Shown piece by piece: positions 39,207-53,025 of a DNA stretch of 64,000 nucleotides. Below the pieces are notes generated by a model, which was given only the letters and a program-made list of their open reading frames with translations, searched no databases and was not told the DNA's origin. The DNA is from Octopus sinensis (lineage: Eukaryota): assembly GCF_006345805.1 (NCBI RefSeq), contig NC_043008.1:46066001-46130000 (forward strand), given 5' to 3'. Position 1 is the stretch's first letter, and each line of letters opens with the position of its first letter. The position numbers and the translations under genes were made by a program.

Positions 39207-41213
39207 TATACATAAATGTTCATATACTTGTGTGTGTGTGTGTGGTTCAAAATAACAGGAAACACAAGGCCAAGACAGTTTTTGTAACGCAGTAATGTTC
39301 TCATTCTTCTATTTAAAAATGCGAAGGAAACAGCTGCAATGAGCTGACAATTATCCATCGCCTGTTATTATTCATTTGATTATATATATGTATAAGAAAG
39401 AGAGAGAGAATGAGAGAGATAGATTATGTATGTATGTATATATGTGTTCAAGTTTTCCTCTTTTAACCAGGAACCTTTTAAACTGGAACCTTGCTCTCTG
39501 AAGTAAATCCCCAAATCTTTACTTTTGAGAATTTTCATAGGAAGCCGCGTCACGATCAAAAAGGTCTCAAAAATACTTTTTAGGAGAATTTTCTTATTAA
39601 CGATTAGTATTTTCATCTCGTTTCTTCATTGCAGGTTTTCTCTCGGATCTCAGCATTATGACATCGGAATTCTAAAGACATGTACACGAAGCACGCTCAT
39701 ATTCTGTCATATTTTTTTTTATTCTTCATTAAGTACAATAATGACACACTGACAATTCTAGAAATATTTCCAGCTACACAAATGACGGCAGCCTTCATTT
39801 CTCTGCACCCAAAAGAGGCCACCATCCACGTGCAGACTCGTCAGTTCACCATAAACCATTTTAATAAAGAAAGGCTTCAAAAGCAACGTCCCTTTATCAG
39901 AAATTTGTTCCATTCTCAACACACAAAACACTAATTCAAGCATTCCTCTCTTTTTCGTAACAACAAATTTAACCCATCGAAGATGTCTAAATATTAGGCC
40001 TTACATTGTCAGATGGCTTCTCAGAATTTTTTTTATCATGACGAAAATCTTTCAGCCCTGTTCCGTTGAATATATTCACTTCTCTGGTTAACAAAAGACA
40101 ACGCTTAATGCGACAAGAATATAGTTTAGATCATGGATTTTATACAAAAATTTCTCTTTAAAGGGAAGTAACTTCCGACAGTCATATTTACTGAGTTACT
40201 TCCCTTGCGCCATTCTAAACAATAAATGATAACGTTAACAGAATTAGGTGAACATCGCAGAAATCTCGTAGTTTAGAAATACTAACATGAAACACACATA
40301 AACCATTGGATTGGGTGGGGCTTCCCACCGAACTTAACGTTTCTTGAGGTATTTTGTGCGATTCCTTTACTTCCGAGCTCAATATCAGGTAATGGTGTGC
40401 TTCAGTTTGGATACTACGATGTCTTCCGAAATATGTGATCTTTCGGATTAGAAAATAATTAACATTATACGGAAATCTTTGTTATTGAGGAATTTAACTA
40501 AATATTCTGTGGTTCGATTCCGTGATAGTCATGTTTAACTTGCATATTTTTGATGTCGCTAAAAGAGAAAAGAATCGGAACAGTCAAGCAGTTCGATTGA
40601 TTTAGTCGATACCGGAATCTATTGCCAAAGAGAATTCTTTATGGGTTCGTCGTATAAATCTCATGATTTTTTTTTCTTTTCTCGTTCGCCGAGTTCAATT
40701 TTGCTTTTCATCCTCCAACAGCGACAAACTGTACAATGGTCAAGTAGGGTTGCCAATGGAATCAACAAATAGACTTTGTTCGAAATTGTTAGACTTGTGT
40801 CCTGATCAGAAAATACTATTATTAAACCTATTGAATGCTACATCAGTTAGCAGGGATGTTGATTATGGGTTTGGTAATAAGTTCTCAATAAGGTCTCAGA
40901 TGTCTATATAAGGATTTTGGTTTATTATTAGACGTACGCACGATGGGATTCTATCAACCTATAGAAATGGGTGACAAAATCCGAAAGACCTGCTTCAGTT
41001 AGACGCTTGCAACTGTCTCATTGGTACACACTGGGTGTCATTGCCCACGCTTTGTTTTTAATTGTTTCCCCTTGCCTTTTCGTTTGGAATTTAAATTCCG
41101 TCAAGGTCGAATTTATCTTTAATCTTTTGGGGGTCGATAATTTAAGTACCAGTGAAACACTGGGGTCAAAGTAATCGACTAGTCCCCTCATCATCATCAT
41201 CATCATCATCATC

Positions 41214-41279
<66 letters not shown>

Positions 41280-42010
41280 GAGTGAGAGAGCAGCGCATGC
41301 AATCAAAGTGACACTGGGGTACATTTATACGAAGCCCAAAATACACATCATGACTACTCGTCATAATGGGCAATATAGTGATCTGATATCGAGATCCATA
41401 ATGCGATCAGTCCAGGCAAGTGTGTGCAAATGTGGGTGGTAGGTATAGAATTGGAGATAAAGGAGAGAGCGAAGATAAAACAAACTCGACGGGTAAAACA
41501 AAAGAGTCAAATGATAGATTGTGTGGCAGTCGTCCAGGATTTAGTGACGGGAAGATTATTGATGTTCATTTGTTGGTTGAGCCTGGGAATAAGACTAACG
41601 GTTGATGATAAATGGTAAAGCAGTTAATAATCATCCTGGCCCAATGCATTTCAACGCAATTTCGAAATAGCGTGCTAGGTGGTCCGGTTGTACAGCAATG
41701 ACCTCTTGGGTACAGAGACATACACTATGAGATCTATCTATGAGAAGCAAGAAAATAAATTTGGTGATAGAAAATAGATCAAAATGATCAGGAAACTTAA
41801 AGGAAGACAAGTTTCTGTCATATAAGGATTGACTCTCATTCGGCTGTGAAATTTGTGAAGTATGCACACGTCTGCGGATTAATGTGCCTCAGTAACTTGA
41901 ATTAACCGAAAGCGTAGTGCAGGAGGTTCAATATCTAAACGGCCATCGTTAAAACAGAACGGACATCGATATGCATACTGATAATGGAAAATAAAAATTG
42001 TTTAGAAAGG

Positions 42011-42048
<38 letters not shown>

Positions 42049-43644
42049 CACGCACATACACACACATTGCTTCATCAATTAAAATTTCCAGTGCGAAATT
42101 GTCAATGTTTTAAAAGTAAAGCGAGAAAAATCTGAAGCTGATTTTCTGATAAAATTACGTTTCTGTTAATCCGACGTCGGAATCCTTTCGACTGAGTCAC
42201 AGCAGCACCGACGGCATAATCAGACAGCAAATAAATCTTACACACATCACAAATTCTTTGGAAAGGAAGGTTATATAAAGTGATGCTTATGTAGATACAG
42301 ACAAGTAGATAAAGGTTACGGCTGTAATACGCCTGTTAGAAGAGAGGTCCTCAATTGTTCAGATGCCTATCAAAAGGAACCAGAAATAGAAAAGGGACCT
42401 TCTCTGAGAAAGCCAGCGTAACATTAAATAAAACCCCTAACAACGATCCCAGATCAGCTGACAACGGAAGGATACATTCCGGGAAGACCAGCGGCTACAA
42501 ACTCAATCGTAGACAAACTTCCAGCGACAAAGTGACAACAAAACTGAGAGAAAATAAATAGGTACTCCAACATGAACGTAGTCCTACAACTAAAAGTTAC
42601 CAAAAGAATAAATGAAAATTATTACCCTAACAATCCACCAAAGGTAGTGAAAAAATCCCAGAAAATTTGACGAATCAAGGGAGATTACTCAGAAATTTCG
42701 TGCTATATTTTGTAGAGTTTGTTCCCTTGCATAATAATCTGATAAAATAAGTATGATTAACTTTAGACTAATACTACGAAACGGGATGAAGCGAGCGGAG
42801 GAAAAACAGGAAATGTCCACCAAAGAAAAGCGTAGTCGACGGAAGGGAAAAACCAAATAGCAGAGAGTTCCTTTAAATGCGGTCCCTGTATGGGTGACTG
42901 CCACTGCCGTGTGGGCCTGTGCAGCCACAACAGACACGTTGCACCACCGGCAGTTGACACGATTTCTTCGGGCGCAGATCCATGGCCCCTCGAAACCAAC
43001 GGATGCCTACTTTTATCAGTTGGATTCTTGATTTTATTTGATTAATTAGTTTCATTAATTAGGTTGATTAATTACTTTGATTAATTCACCGAAAATTCCC
43101 GAAATGCCGATGGAACTTGAATATACAAGTGTTGTGAGTGCGAAAGTAACTCATATAATGAGAGTGGCAGCGCGTGTTGCTCCTGCTTAGATTATTATTG
43201 AAGACTCTCAGTGATGGTGGGCACGGCGAGTAAAGTTTAAACTAGAGAAGAGAAATTACATGAACTGTTGTTCTATACGTCAGTGTATCAGCCTATACAT
43301 GGCCCCTGCGTCTGTGGGAAGTAACTCCCTGAGATCATACGAGAACGTATTTTTAAAAACAGAACCTGCAAGACAATATGGTCGTAGATATAATGTGCAA
43401 GTTGGAATGGTCATGGTTAGAATGTCTTTAAGTACAAGTGTAATTATTATAAATCATATTTGGGATTAGTCCATAGTAAAAGCAGCAACGACTTCAAGAG
43501 CGACAAGAATAACAAGATGGGTTCGTTTAGTTTGTAGTTCGTTAGTTTATTTAGGGTTTTAAATATTTCATGAAAGAAGAATTGATTACACATTACGAAG
43601 AATTAATTATACGTGATCGACAAAAGATAGAAAAACTAACATAT

Positions 43645-45480
43645 TAGATTGCTGAATCTTCACTTTTCAAGTCTTTCCTGAAATAAGGATTTATCTTGCG
43701 ATGATGGAGAAGATCCTCGACCAATTTGAGTCCCAATTTCCTCAGAAACTTTCGGTCCCTGAGAGTAGTCAGAGAGTTTGCCATGACTATATTGTATGTA
43801 GTTATTCCTGCAACGTTGAGTATGGTGTAGAAAACTGTAAGTGGCCAAAGTCGATTATTTCTGGAAACATTGTAGATGGAACACAACTGTTCCACGGTGT
43901 CTACCCCTCCTTTTGTTGTTGAAAGGAATAATCTCTAGTTTTCTTTTTTTTTTCCTCAGTTGCAGCATCCTGAAGCATTGTGCTCAGCAGGACAACATTT
44001 TTACTTCTTTTGGGAACATTCTTCTGGAAACTAAACAAGTTTGTGTATTCAGTTCTGCCTCTTATGGCAACAAACTAAGGGGGGGGGGAGTTCTTTCTTG
44101 TTCTTTCTCAGAGTGCTAACTAATGTTAATCTGTAATTCTTCAAGAGATCAATTTCAGTTCCTTAACTTGTAAACCAATTATCCACTGTAATATTTCTTC
44201 CAGACCCATTTATATGAGGCACCAACCGTTTTACCACTGCTGTTCCTGAATTATCTTCCATAGGCAGGCCTTCTGGTTATTTCTCCAAGAAGGCCTCCAT
44301 ACATGACACATGGAAAGTGTTAGCATCTGCCAAAATTTATATTTTAATGCCCTATTTTGCTGGTTTATTTGGCACGTAGACCCTGAAGAGACAGTTCCCT
44401 CTAAAGGCAGCCAACATTTCATCTACTGTCACATACTCTGAGACATTATAATTGGAGATACAATTATCACCAAATTTCTCACAGAGCTTTCTAAAAGGTG
44501 CAAACTTATCTTCTGGCCTCCTTTCAGCCTAGGTGTGGATTTCATCAATTCTCATAAACTTCACGAGGAAACAAAATTGCTGCAAAGAAATAGTTATGGA
44601 ACATTTCAGTTCCTGTACATTTGGTTGCCCAACCATCATCCATATTCATTCGGTTAGCTCCAAGAACTCCAAACCGATAAAGCAGTCTCCCTTTTGTCAG
44701 TTTGTCTCTCTTTTGACTTACCTTGTTATATTCACCTGGTTTACTGTTAATGGAGATATTAATGCAAGCTACTAATTCATTCAGAAACAAAGACCAGCAG
44801 ACATATTTTGCTGCTCCTCTAGGGCCTCGTATGCCGTCAAAGATATGGCATGAGGGGGGGGGGTTACTTCTTTCCTGAGAGTTTTATTATTCTTGCCTAG
44901 AAACTGCTATTCTGTGTTCCTGGTAGCTTGCTCTTCCTCTTCATCTGTTCCTCTTCTTCTTCTTCTTCTTCTTCTTCTTCTTCTTCTTCTTCTTCTTCTT
45001 CTCTTCTTCTTCTTCTTTCTTTTCTTCTTCTTCTTCTTCTTCTTCTTTTTCTTCTTCTTCTTCTTCTTCATCTTCTTCTTCTTCTTCTTTTTCTTCTTCT
45101 TCTTCTTCTTTTTCTTCTTCTTCTTCTTCTTCTTTTTCTTCTTCTTCTTCTTCTTCTTCTTCTTTTTCTTCTTTTTCTTCTTTTTCTTCTTCTCTTCTTC
45201 TTTTTCTTCTTCTTCTTCTTCTTCTTTTTCTTCTTTTTTCTTCTTTTTCTTCTTCTTCTTCTTCTTCTTCTTTTTCTTTTTCTTCTTCTTTTTCTTCTTC
45301 TTTTTTCTTCTTCTTCTTCTTCTTCTTCTTCTTCTTCTTCTTCTTCTTCTTCTACTTCTTCTTCTTCACCACCAAGAAATGAACCTGATTCTTCAATATA
45401 TATTTCTTTCTCAATTTTTCCCATCTGTCGTTCGTCGGCCGCTGTGAATCCGAAAGTGAAGAAGGTTTCTCGTTTTCATG
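43645..45480 (-). mobile_element. piggyBac transposase relic
   Basis: GPRGAAK..CWSLF, DEMLAAFRG.C.FR.Y.PNKPAK.GIK, GSGRNITVDNWFTS, GVDTVEQLC..Y.V.R..R.WP...FY..LNVA; acidic N-terminus expanded by a GAA repeat. Confidence 0.9.
44930..45367. repeat. ~440-bp (CTT)n/(GAA)n tract
   Basis: Direct reading. Confidence 0.95.
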
Positions 45481-45638
45481 GCATTCAAAACAATCTAAGA
45501 ACAAATAAAATGTTTAGTCAGTTGACAATAATATATAAATTTATGCGAGAAATAATCCGTCTTTCAGATATGAAAATAAATAAGTAAAATGATCAATAAT
45601 AAAGAGACTGAAACCAAAGATGTCAGTGGAATGGCATG

Positions 45639-45670
<32 letters not shown>

Positions 45671-45974
45671 CTCCAAGATGGCACGAATGACACGTGTCAT
45701 CGCTCAGCCATTAACTGAGCGGAGTGAGGTCACATGGATGGATGGCAGTAAGACTGATACCACATGTAAGATACGCATGAACAAACATCACGTGGGCTGT
45801 GGGATAACCCACCGCACCACTGGTGGGTTAATTGGTGTTTCTACAACAGCAACAGCAACAACAAAAACCATAGTAGCAGCAGGGGCAGCAGGAGCAGCAG
45901 CCACAACGACAACAACAGCAGCAATAACGACGAAGACCACGATGACAACAGCAACAATAATAATAATGATAATA

Positions 45975-46557
45975 ATCCTTTCTACTGGAAGCTCGGGGAC
46001 CCAAAGTCGGTCGGAGGGGAATAGTCGACAACATCGACTCCAGTGTTTCACTGGTACTTCATTTATTGACCCCGAAAGGATGAAAGGCACAGTTGACATC
46101 GGCGGAATTTGAACTCAGAACGTAGCGGCAGGCGAAATACCTATTTCTTTACTACCCACAAGGGGCTAAACACAGAGAGGACAAACAAGGACAGACAAAC
46201 GGATTAAGTCGATTACATCGACCCCAGTGAGTAACTGGTACTTATTTAATCGACCCCGAAGGGATGAAAGGCAAAGTCTACCTCGGCTGAATTTGAACTC
46301 AGAACTTAGTAGCAGACGAAATACCTATTTCTTTACTACCCACAAGGGGCTAAACAGAGAGGACAAACAAGGATAGACAAACGGATTAAGTCAATTATAT
46401 CGACCCTAGTGTGTAACTGGTACTTATTTAATCGACCCCGAAAGGATGAAAGGCAAAGTCGACCTCTACGGAATTCGAACTCAGAACGTAACGGCAGACG
46501 AAATACGAATACGCATTTCGCCCGGCGTGCTAACGTTTCTGCCAGCTCATCGCCTTT
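45975..46557 (-). mobile_element. Trimeric SINE family B (184-bp internal unit)
   Basis: Junction GAAATAC|CTATTTCTTT at 46140/46141 and 46324/46325; single head at ~46510-46557. Confidence 0.88.
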
Positions 46558-47779
46558 AAACAATACCTCCGCCTTCGCTTGGGTAAAAATAACGTACATA
46601 CATACACACACGCACATACACACACACGCACACACACACGCACACAGACACATACACACACACAAAAACACACACACTCACGCACCCATACACGTGTACA
46701 CACACATATATATTCGACCATTTGTGTTTGTGTAAGTTTGTGCGCGTGTGACTGAGTATACATGTTTCTATTTGACCAAACGACATTGACACGCAGCACT
46801 GTGTAAAGAGAGGCTGACTTCACACACGAAGTTGTGGCACCAAGTTCTCCCTTCACAGTTTTATATCAATAAATTTGTTAAGGCGGCGAAGTAACAGTTG
46901 CAACCTAGAGTCGTTGTAATTGTCCTACCCGACCACGGAAATTGCTCACCTTGCACCAAAATTTGGAACCCAAAAATCTGCTGACGATGTGTACATCATA
47001 ATAAATGTACAAATACATATTCTGTCTGGCGCTAGAAATAGAACCTAATTAAATCTAGGATTGTTACTCTGCGTTGCTTTCTGCCTTTAACATGAAAGCA
47101 TAAAGATATTCTTTACAAACAACAATATCGTCGCCAAACTAGTCGTGTTTTTCTCGTATTCACCCTGCTCAAAGGATTTCCATAGTTTTAGAAGAAGACG
47201 ATGTTGAATGTATTTAAATTTATTCAAACACGCAACTTCTTGTTATTCAGAATATATCAATCCCATTCCCAGTGAAAAAAAGTCTAATACTGGATCGAGA
47301 GAAATCAGATGCTTCGTCTCATACAGTTGTTATCCCGTTCTCTCTGAGGGACGACTTGTTAAACTGTGATAAAGAACGCCAACTGGCTGAAACAGTTCTT
47401 TTGACGTCAACAGAGATGCCGGTTGTTTAAGTTAAAATCTATTCACCCGATGCTTGTGCATCGTGACGTGTGCAACGTAATATTGTCTGGAAGCTGATCT
47501 ATGCACACGTAGTCGATGTACCCGGGTTATTCAATACCTGCTGTTAGTAAAAGATGCTGCCGTTCATGCCGACAATTTCTATAAGGATTTCTAAGCTGTC
47601 CTTTTTCTCTCTCGGTAGGACGAACAGTAAGAGGATATTCTTGATCAGATGGCAATGACCCCTCGGACCTTTTTATGCTACATTTTCATTTATCCTGCAG
47701 TGATCCCTGCCTTCTGGTTTATGTACAAGGATTTATTTGAACAGTGAAACAGAAATTATGGTTATGAAGAGTATGTGTG

Positions 47780-47970
47780 TTTCTTTATTACCCACAAGGG
47801 GCTAAACGTAGAGGGGACAAACAAGGACAGTCAAAGGAATTAAGTCGATTACATCGACCCAGTCCGTAACTGGTACTTATTTAATTGACCCCGAAAGGAT
47901 GAAAGGCTAAGTAGACCTCGGCGGAATTTGAACTCAGAACGTAGCGACGTTTCTGCCAGCTCACCGCCTT
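47780..47970 (-). mobile_element. SINE family B with internal deletion and TSD
   Basis: Family B head and tail; ATGAAGAGT at 47764 and 47973. Confidence 0.85.
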
Positions 47971-49699
47971 TAATGAAGAGTGTATATGTAAATATGCTTA
48001 CAAAATAGTCTCTCTCTCTCTCTCGCTCTCTTTCCCTCCCACTCACTCTCTCTCTCTTCCTCTCTCTCTCACACACACACTGTCTTGATGGCTAAGTTAC
48101 TTTAATTTATAAGATACAATCGAATGTATTGATATGTAAATGTACTAAATCAATGGCTGACACTCATAGCGTGCTGTTACTTGTAACTTTAAGCGACTTC
48201 CTCCTCCCTTTCTCTCCGTCTCTCTTTATCTGTGTGTGTGAATGGAGGGAGGGGTGCGTGCCTACGTGGTGTGTGTGTGTGCCTGTGTGTGTGCGTGTGT
48301 AAAACGAACATTTATAAAACGGAGAAACCAAATCTGCCGAGTAAATCTGGCATTAGTCGTACAGCCTAAGTATATTTATAGAGCAATGCTAAACGTATGT
48401 TTACCAAATAAATGCTTATAAACGGTTTCATAAGTCGCTAATATATGCAGACGGTACCAGTATATCACATTATTTATCATACGCTTTTAGCAGAAGTAGT
48501 GTTGTAGACATGAATACAATAAGAGCTTTTTAAGCAAGCCGTTTCTTGTCCCGTTGAAGCAAAGAGAAATAACTACTCCAGCAAGAATCAGTCGAGTCCG
48601 GTCGAGATGTCTTTGCATTCGTTCTGGAAGAGACGCCCTGGCAATTGGCTTAGAGATATTGCTTTTATTGACGCAAAAACGTTAAATCTCTGTTTATCAC
48701 TTTATGCTCCACAATTTAAAGTCATCATCTGTTTTTTTGTAGGATTTTCTTAATAAGCAGCCCAAATGTGTTTCCTCTTTCTGTTGAGTAAGCATACATA
48801 GGCATCGGGAAATATGTTGATAAAAAATGGTTCAAAGCAGCCGTGTAGTGCTCGATTCGTCGTCAGTGATAAATGTGAGGCTTCATCATAGAGTCTAGGG
48901 CGGTTTAATTTTGTGAAATTTACAATATGCAACAAAGATCCTCGAAATTGTAACATCGCAGCTAATTACGAAGCCAAGAAGAAAAAATCCAATTGAAAAG
49001 AAACGGTTTAAACCAGACCCACGGGGCTCAGTTTCGTCGACAGTGGTGACTCTGAGTCTTAATTGCAACATCCTAGATAGCAACTCTCAGTGATTCGCAA
49101 CGTCTTTTCGAAGGGGAATGTATCTGCTTGTTGGTTTATGGTTGGATTTTGCTTCCATGTATAGAATTTGTGTTCATTATTGGGGTCTTTGTGTGATTAA
49201 ATGGGTTTATTTTCTTAGTCTTTATTATAAGGTGTCACCATAATCTCTTCCTGTCAATGCAAATGAACCGGAATGAAGACATTATAGAGTTTGTTCGAAG
49301 AAACAGTTGGAACCAACAAGTCCACTTTCTTTCTTTCTTTCTTTCCTTCTTTCTTTTTCAGTAATGATATCCAAGCAATGCAACACCAATGGAATAAGTA
49401 TGTGGGCTGCAAAGAACCACATGGTTGAAAAATAACCCTCATTTGCTTACATTTCTTGAGAGTATCTTGGTCAGCCAATGAACGTTTCCAGCCACTCTTG
49501 TACATTTCTTTCTGTGTATTTGCTGTTGCACTGTTTCACAGTTTGACCGGATTGTATGTTTGAATATTCTTCACTAACGGACGAGTGTTTATACATATAT
49601 ATATGAGACCAAAAACTTAGAATCCTTAATGGACATAAGAAAAATATCGTTCCATATAAATACATTATAAAGAATACCGAAAAATAATTTTTAAAATAT

Positions 49700-49915
49700 T
49701 TAATTGGAAGATCACAAGAAAGAATCGCAAGACAGATTCTTCAAGATGAGCCAAACGGCAGGAGTCCTGGGTGTACACCAAGAACAAGATGATTGGGTAA
49801 TAGCCATTATCTCAGTTGGTCACGCTTCAGAATCCAGTGAGAAAGTGTAAATATGGTTGCTACGATAGAAAGAAATACTTAAGGACTTCACACCAACAAC
49901 CCTCCAAGGAATAAT
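49700..49915 (+). mobile_element. RTE-like LINE 3' fragment (tentative)
   Basis: ERIARQIL...P.G.S.G.TPRTR*L....LSW resembles the RTE GRPRTRW C-terminus. Confidence 0.45.
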
Positions 49916-52154
49916 AGTCGGAGAAAATGGTCGGATGATCGAATTCGCGTATAATCGTATGTTGATTAACATAAATATCATGATGATAGATTTTCAGATT
50001 TATAGATTCTCATGGCATGTTTTCGAATTGAGATCGGAAATGCTCGGCTGCAGTGCCTATCAGAGCGACATTGTATGGCAGGTTATACCGTGGAACATTC
50101 CCCCTTCTTAAATGTTTAGAACGGTTATCAGATGGGTATTGGTGAATTCTTTCTTCTGTCTTACCATCCGCTATGATGAAGTGATTGTTGTCCAATGTAG
50201 AATCTGTTGAAGGCAGAATAATAACGTTTATTGATGTTTATTTGTGCTCATTTGAAAATGTTTCATTGGATAGGCGGGAGAATATGGATGTTTAATATAT
50301 TTTGATTTCATTTTGATTTAGGTTCTAGTTTATGCATGATGTAATCTTGGTAGCTCGTAAATGTTCAATGCTGATAGAGACGGTTTAATGAGAATTGGTC
50401 GCTTTGGTCAACGGTCTGACAAAGAAGGAAATTTATTAGCATTGGTAATTTAGTGATGGACAGTATCAGCAACAATTGTGTGCGCTGATGTTATCTATGG
50501 GGATGAGTAAGAAGTAACGGCATCGAATGGCCTAACATTCTCTTGAACAACAATACGCATAACACTAAGCCTCTTACATTTAGATTTTTCACCAAAGCAC
50601 TGTACTGCCTCCAAGAGTATTGACTTGTAACATTGCCTCCAATGTCTTTTAGTTGTAGTTCATATAACTCCATTTCATTCAAATAAATTTTGGAAATGAA
50701 GAAAAAAAATTAATCGTTGGTCGAAATAACTTCTGGTGTTTAATGACTTCTCTTAGTTTTTGGATTAAATGCTTTTGGGAAGAATTCCGTATTTTAGACT
50801 GCCACGAAAAACTGATTAAATAGCTGTGTTTGACTCAATTTCTTTTACAAGATCTCTTTCCGAAAAAGTTTGGCCTTGTATCTAAATTATAAATAAATAT
50901 GGCTTCACTCGCTGATGGAATATTTAATCCGGGATCCTCATTCCCGATTTAATTTTTACTACACTACTAAAATTGTCAGCAGATCCGAATGCAATGTCAT
51001 TTGTTAATGAGTTATCTGCAACTCAAGCTGCTGAAACATTAGAATATTAAGTTATAGGCTATTGCTGTGGCTTCAGTTACGTAAAACACTAACAATTGTA
51101 ACAACATCAAAATGCAGAATGTTTCCCTGAGTAATTTCATGCTGCGCAAATTTAATTTTTTGAAACAAATCTTTCAATTTTATAATTGACTTTTATTTTT
51201 GTTTGTGAATCTCTGCTTTTTCTTTTACTGTTCTGTTCAAATGTGAATTTTCTGGTTGTTAACGAAATGTTTAAAAACACGGAGGAATAAACTAAGGAAT
51301 AGGTGGGCAATAGTTAGACATTAACTTTAGTTCAAGATAAAATGCTACAGAATATGTTGGCCATTGTTGTATTTAGAAATGTTTTCACATTATAAATATA
51401 ATGTCTTGTTTTAAAGAATCGGTGAATTAATAAAAATCTGTAAATCATAACAAAATATATCTGATTGTTGTATATAAATTCATGTTATTCATTTTCGCCA
51501 AGGTCGACGCAATGTGTCATATTTCTAGAAGGTCAAGCCACTAAATAGATAATCGTTCATTTTTGTTGAAACCCTAAGTGGAAAGGTCGATATGGGACAC
51601 ACTGTACACGCTACTACATTAAAACATTACTTACCGGGGCTAAATTTAATAACAATCATTCAGTGATGGTTAATGCTTGATTGAACACTAATAAAACAAC
51701 ACAAAATATGCCATTAACCCGACTTCATCAGAAGTTCAAGTCACATGATGGTCTGTTATGTTTTTGTCCTCTACAGACTAGCAGATTTGGCAACAGTTTG
51801 ATATATAACAAAGACCATACTTTAATATATCTTATAGTTTCATTCCAGCTTCATACCTTGCAATGGATATAGTTTCATATAGTTTTCCGACAGCCCGTTA
51901 AGTTATCCCTGGTGACAGTCGTAGATAGTTGGTAATATGCTTGTAATAAATCAATTAGACGTTGCATTTATAATCAAATAATATTCCGAGACTCATAAAG
52001 AACCAGGTGTTTTATTTAATGAAATTGTCACAGAAATACATCGCAGATAATTACTCAGAAAGTGTAAATATTTAATAAGGTTTTGCGAGTGAATTCAAGG
52101 CAAACCTCTCTCTTTCTTTCTCTCTATTTGTACACACATATTTTTATGTACAAA

Positions 52155-52238
<84 letters not shown>

Positions 52239-52637
52239 ATGTGTGTGTGTGTGTGTGTGTGTAAGTATAAGAGATACAGAGAAGAGGTTCAAATCAGGCA
52301 GAGGACGTTTGATACGTATATATATATACGGATTTAATTATGATAGATTTGTCCAATCTAAAACAGGTATTAATACATTCGCAACATAAAGATATAGAAA
52401 TATAAAAATATATGAATGCAAACAGAAATATGCATGGACAAATAAATATTTAGATATATAGTCATAGTAGAGTATAGATAAAAATATAGATCAGAATAAT
52501 GAAATATAGAAAGATATTTCTTTTCAAAATTCAAAATAAATTATTTTGAGATAATTCATATATATTGCGAATGTATTAATATATGTCAGAATGTCAGAGG
52601 CTTTCGCACAGCATTGGCGGTAAACGGACATAGTTTC

Positions 52638-53025
52638 AATCCTGCGTAGAAACACTCATTACAGTTCACGTTCAACAACGATCGGCCACAGATCTTTTTG
52701 GGTGTTTCTGCAAAAGGTTTCAGTCGGCGTTTTCTTTTCCTCCATTTCCTAATTGAATATAATGCCAGGATCGCATTTCTTTACTACCCACAAGGGACTA
52801 AACACAGAGAGGACAAACAAGGACAGACAAACGGATCAAGTCGATTACATCGACTCCAGTGTGTAACTGGTACTTAATTTATCGATCCCGAAAGGATGAA
52901 AGGCAAATTCGACCTCGGCGGAATTTGAACTCAGAACGTAACGGCAGACGAAATACGGATACGCATTTCGCCCGGCGTGTTAACGTTTCTGCCAGCTCGC
53001 CGCCTTAATCCTGCGTAGAAACACT
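52638..53025 (-). mobile_element. Chimeric retro-insertion: family B SINE (52775-53006) plus a 122-bp inverted copy of 53769-53890, within a 19-bp TSD
   Basis: TSD AATCCTGCGTAGAAACACT at 52638-52656 and 53007-53025; 52652-52773 is the reverse complement of 53769-53890 with 3 mismatches. Confidence 0.9.

Noticed and set aside
42738-42790. CTGATAA...GAAAC hammerhead-like motif
   Set aside because: Core mismatch, no NUH triplet or stem I.
45068-45424. Glu/Arg/Lys-rich ORF as a host protein
   Set aside because: Explained by the GAA expansion within the piggyBac relic.
45975-46557. CRISPR-like or prokaryotic repeat array
   Set aside because: Units are whole SINE bodies without unique spacers; the context is eukaryotic and no cas genes are present.
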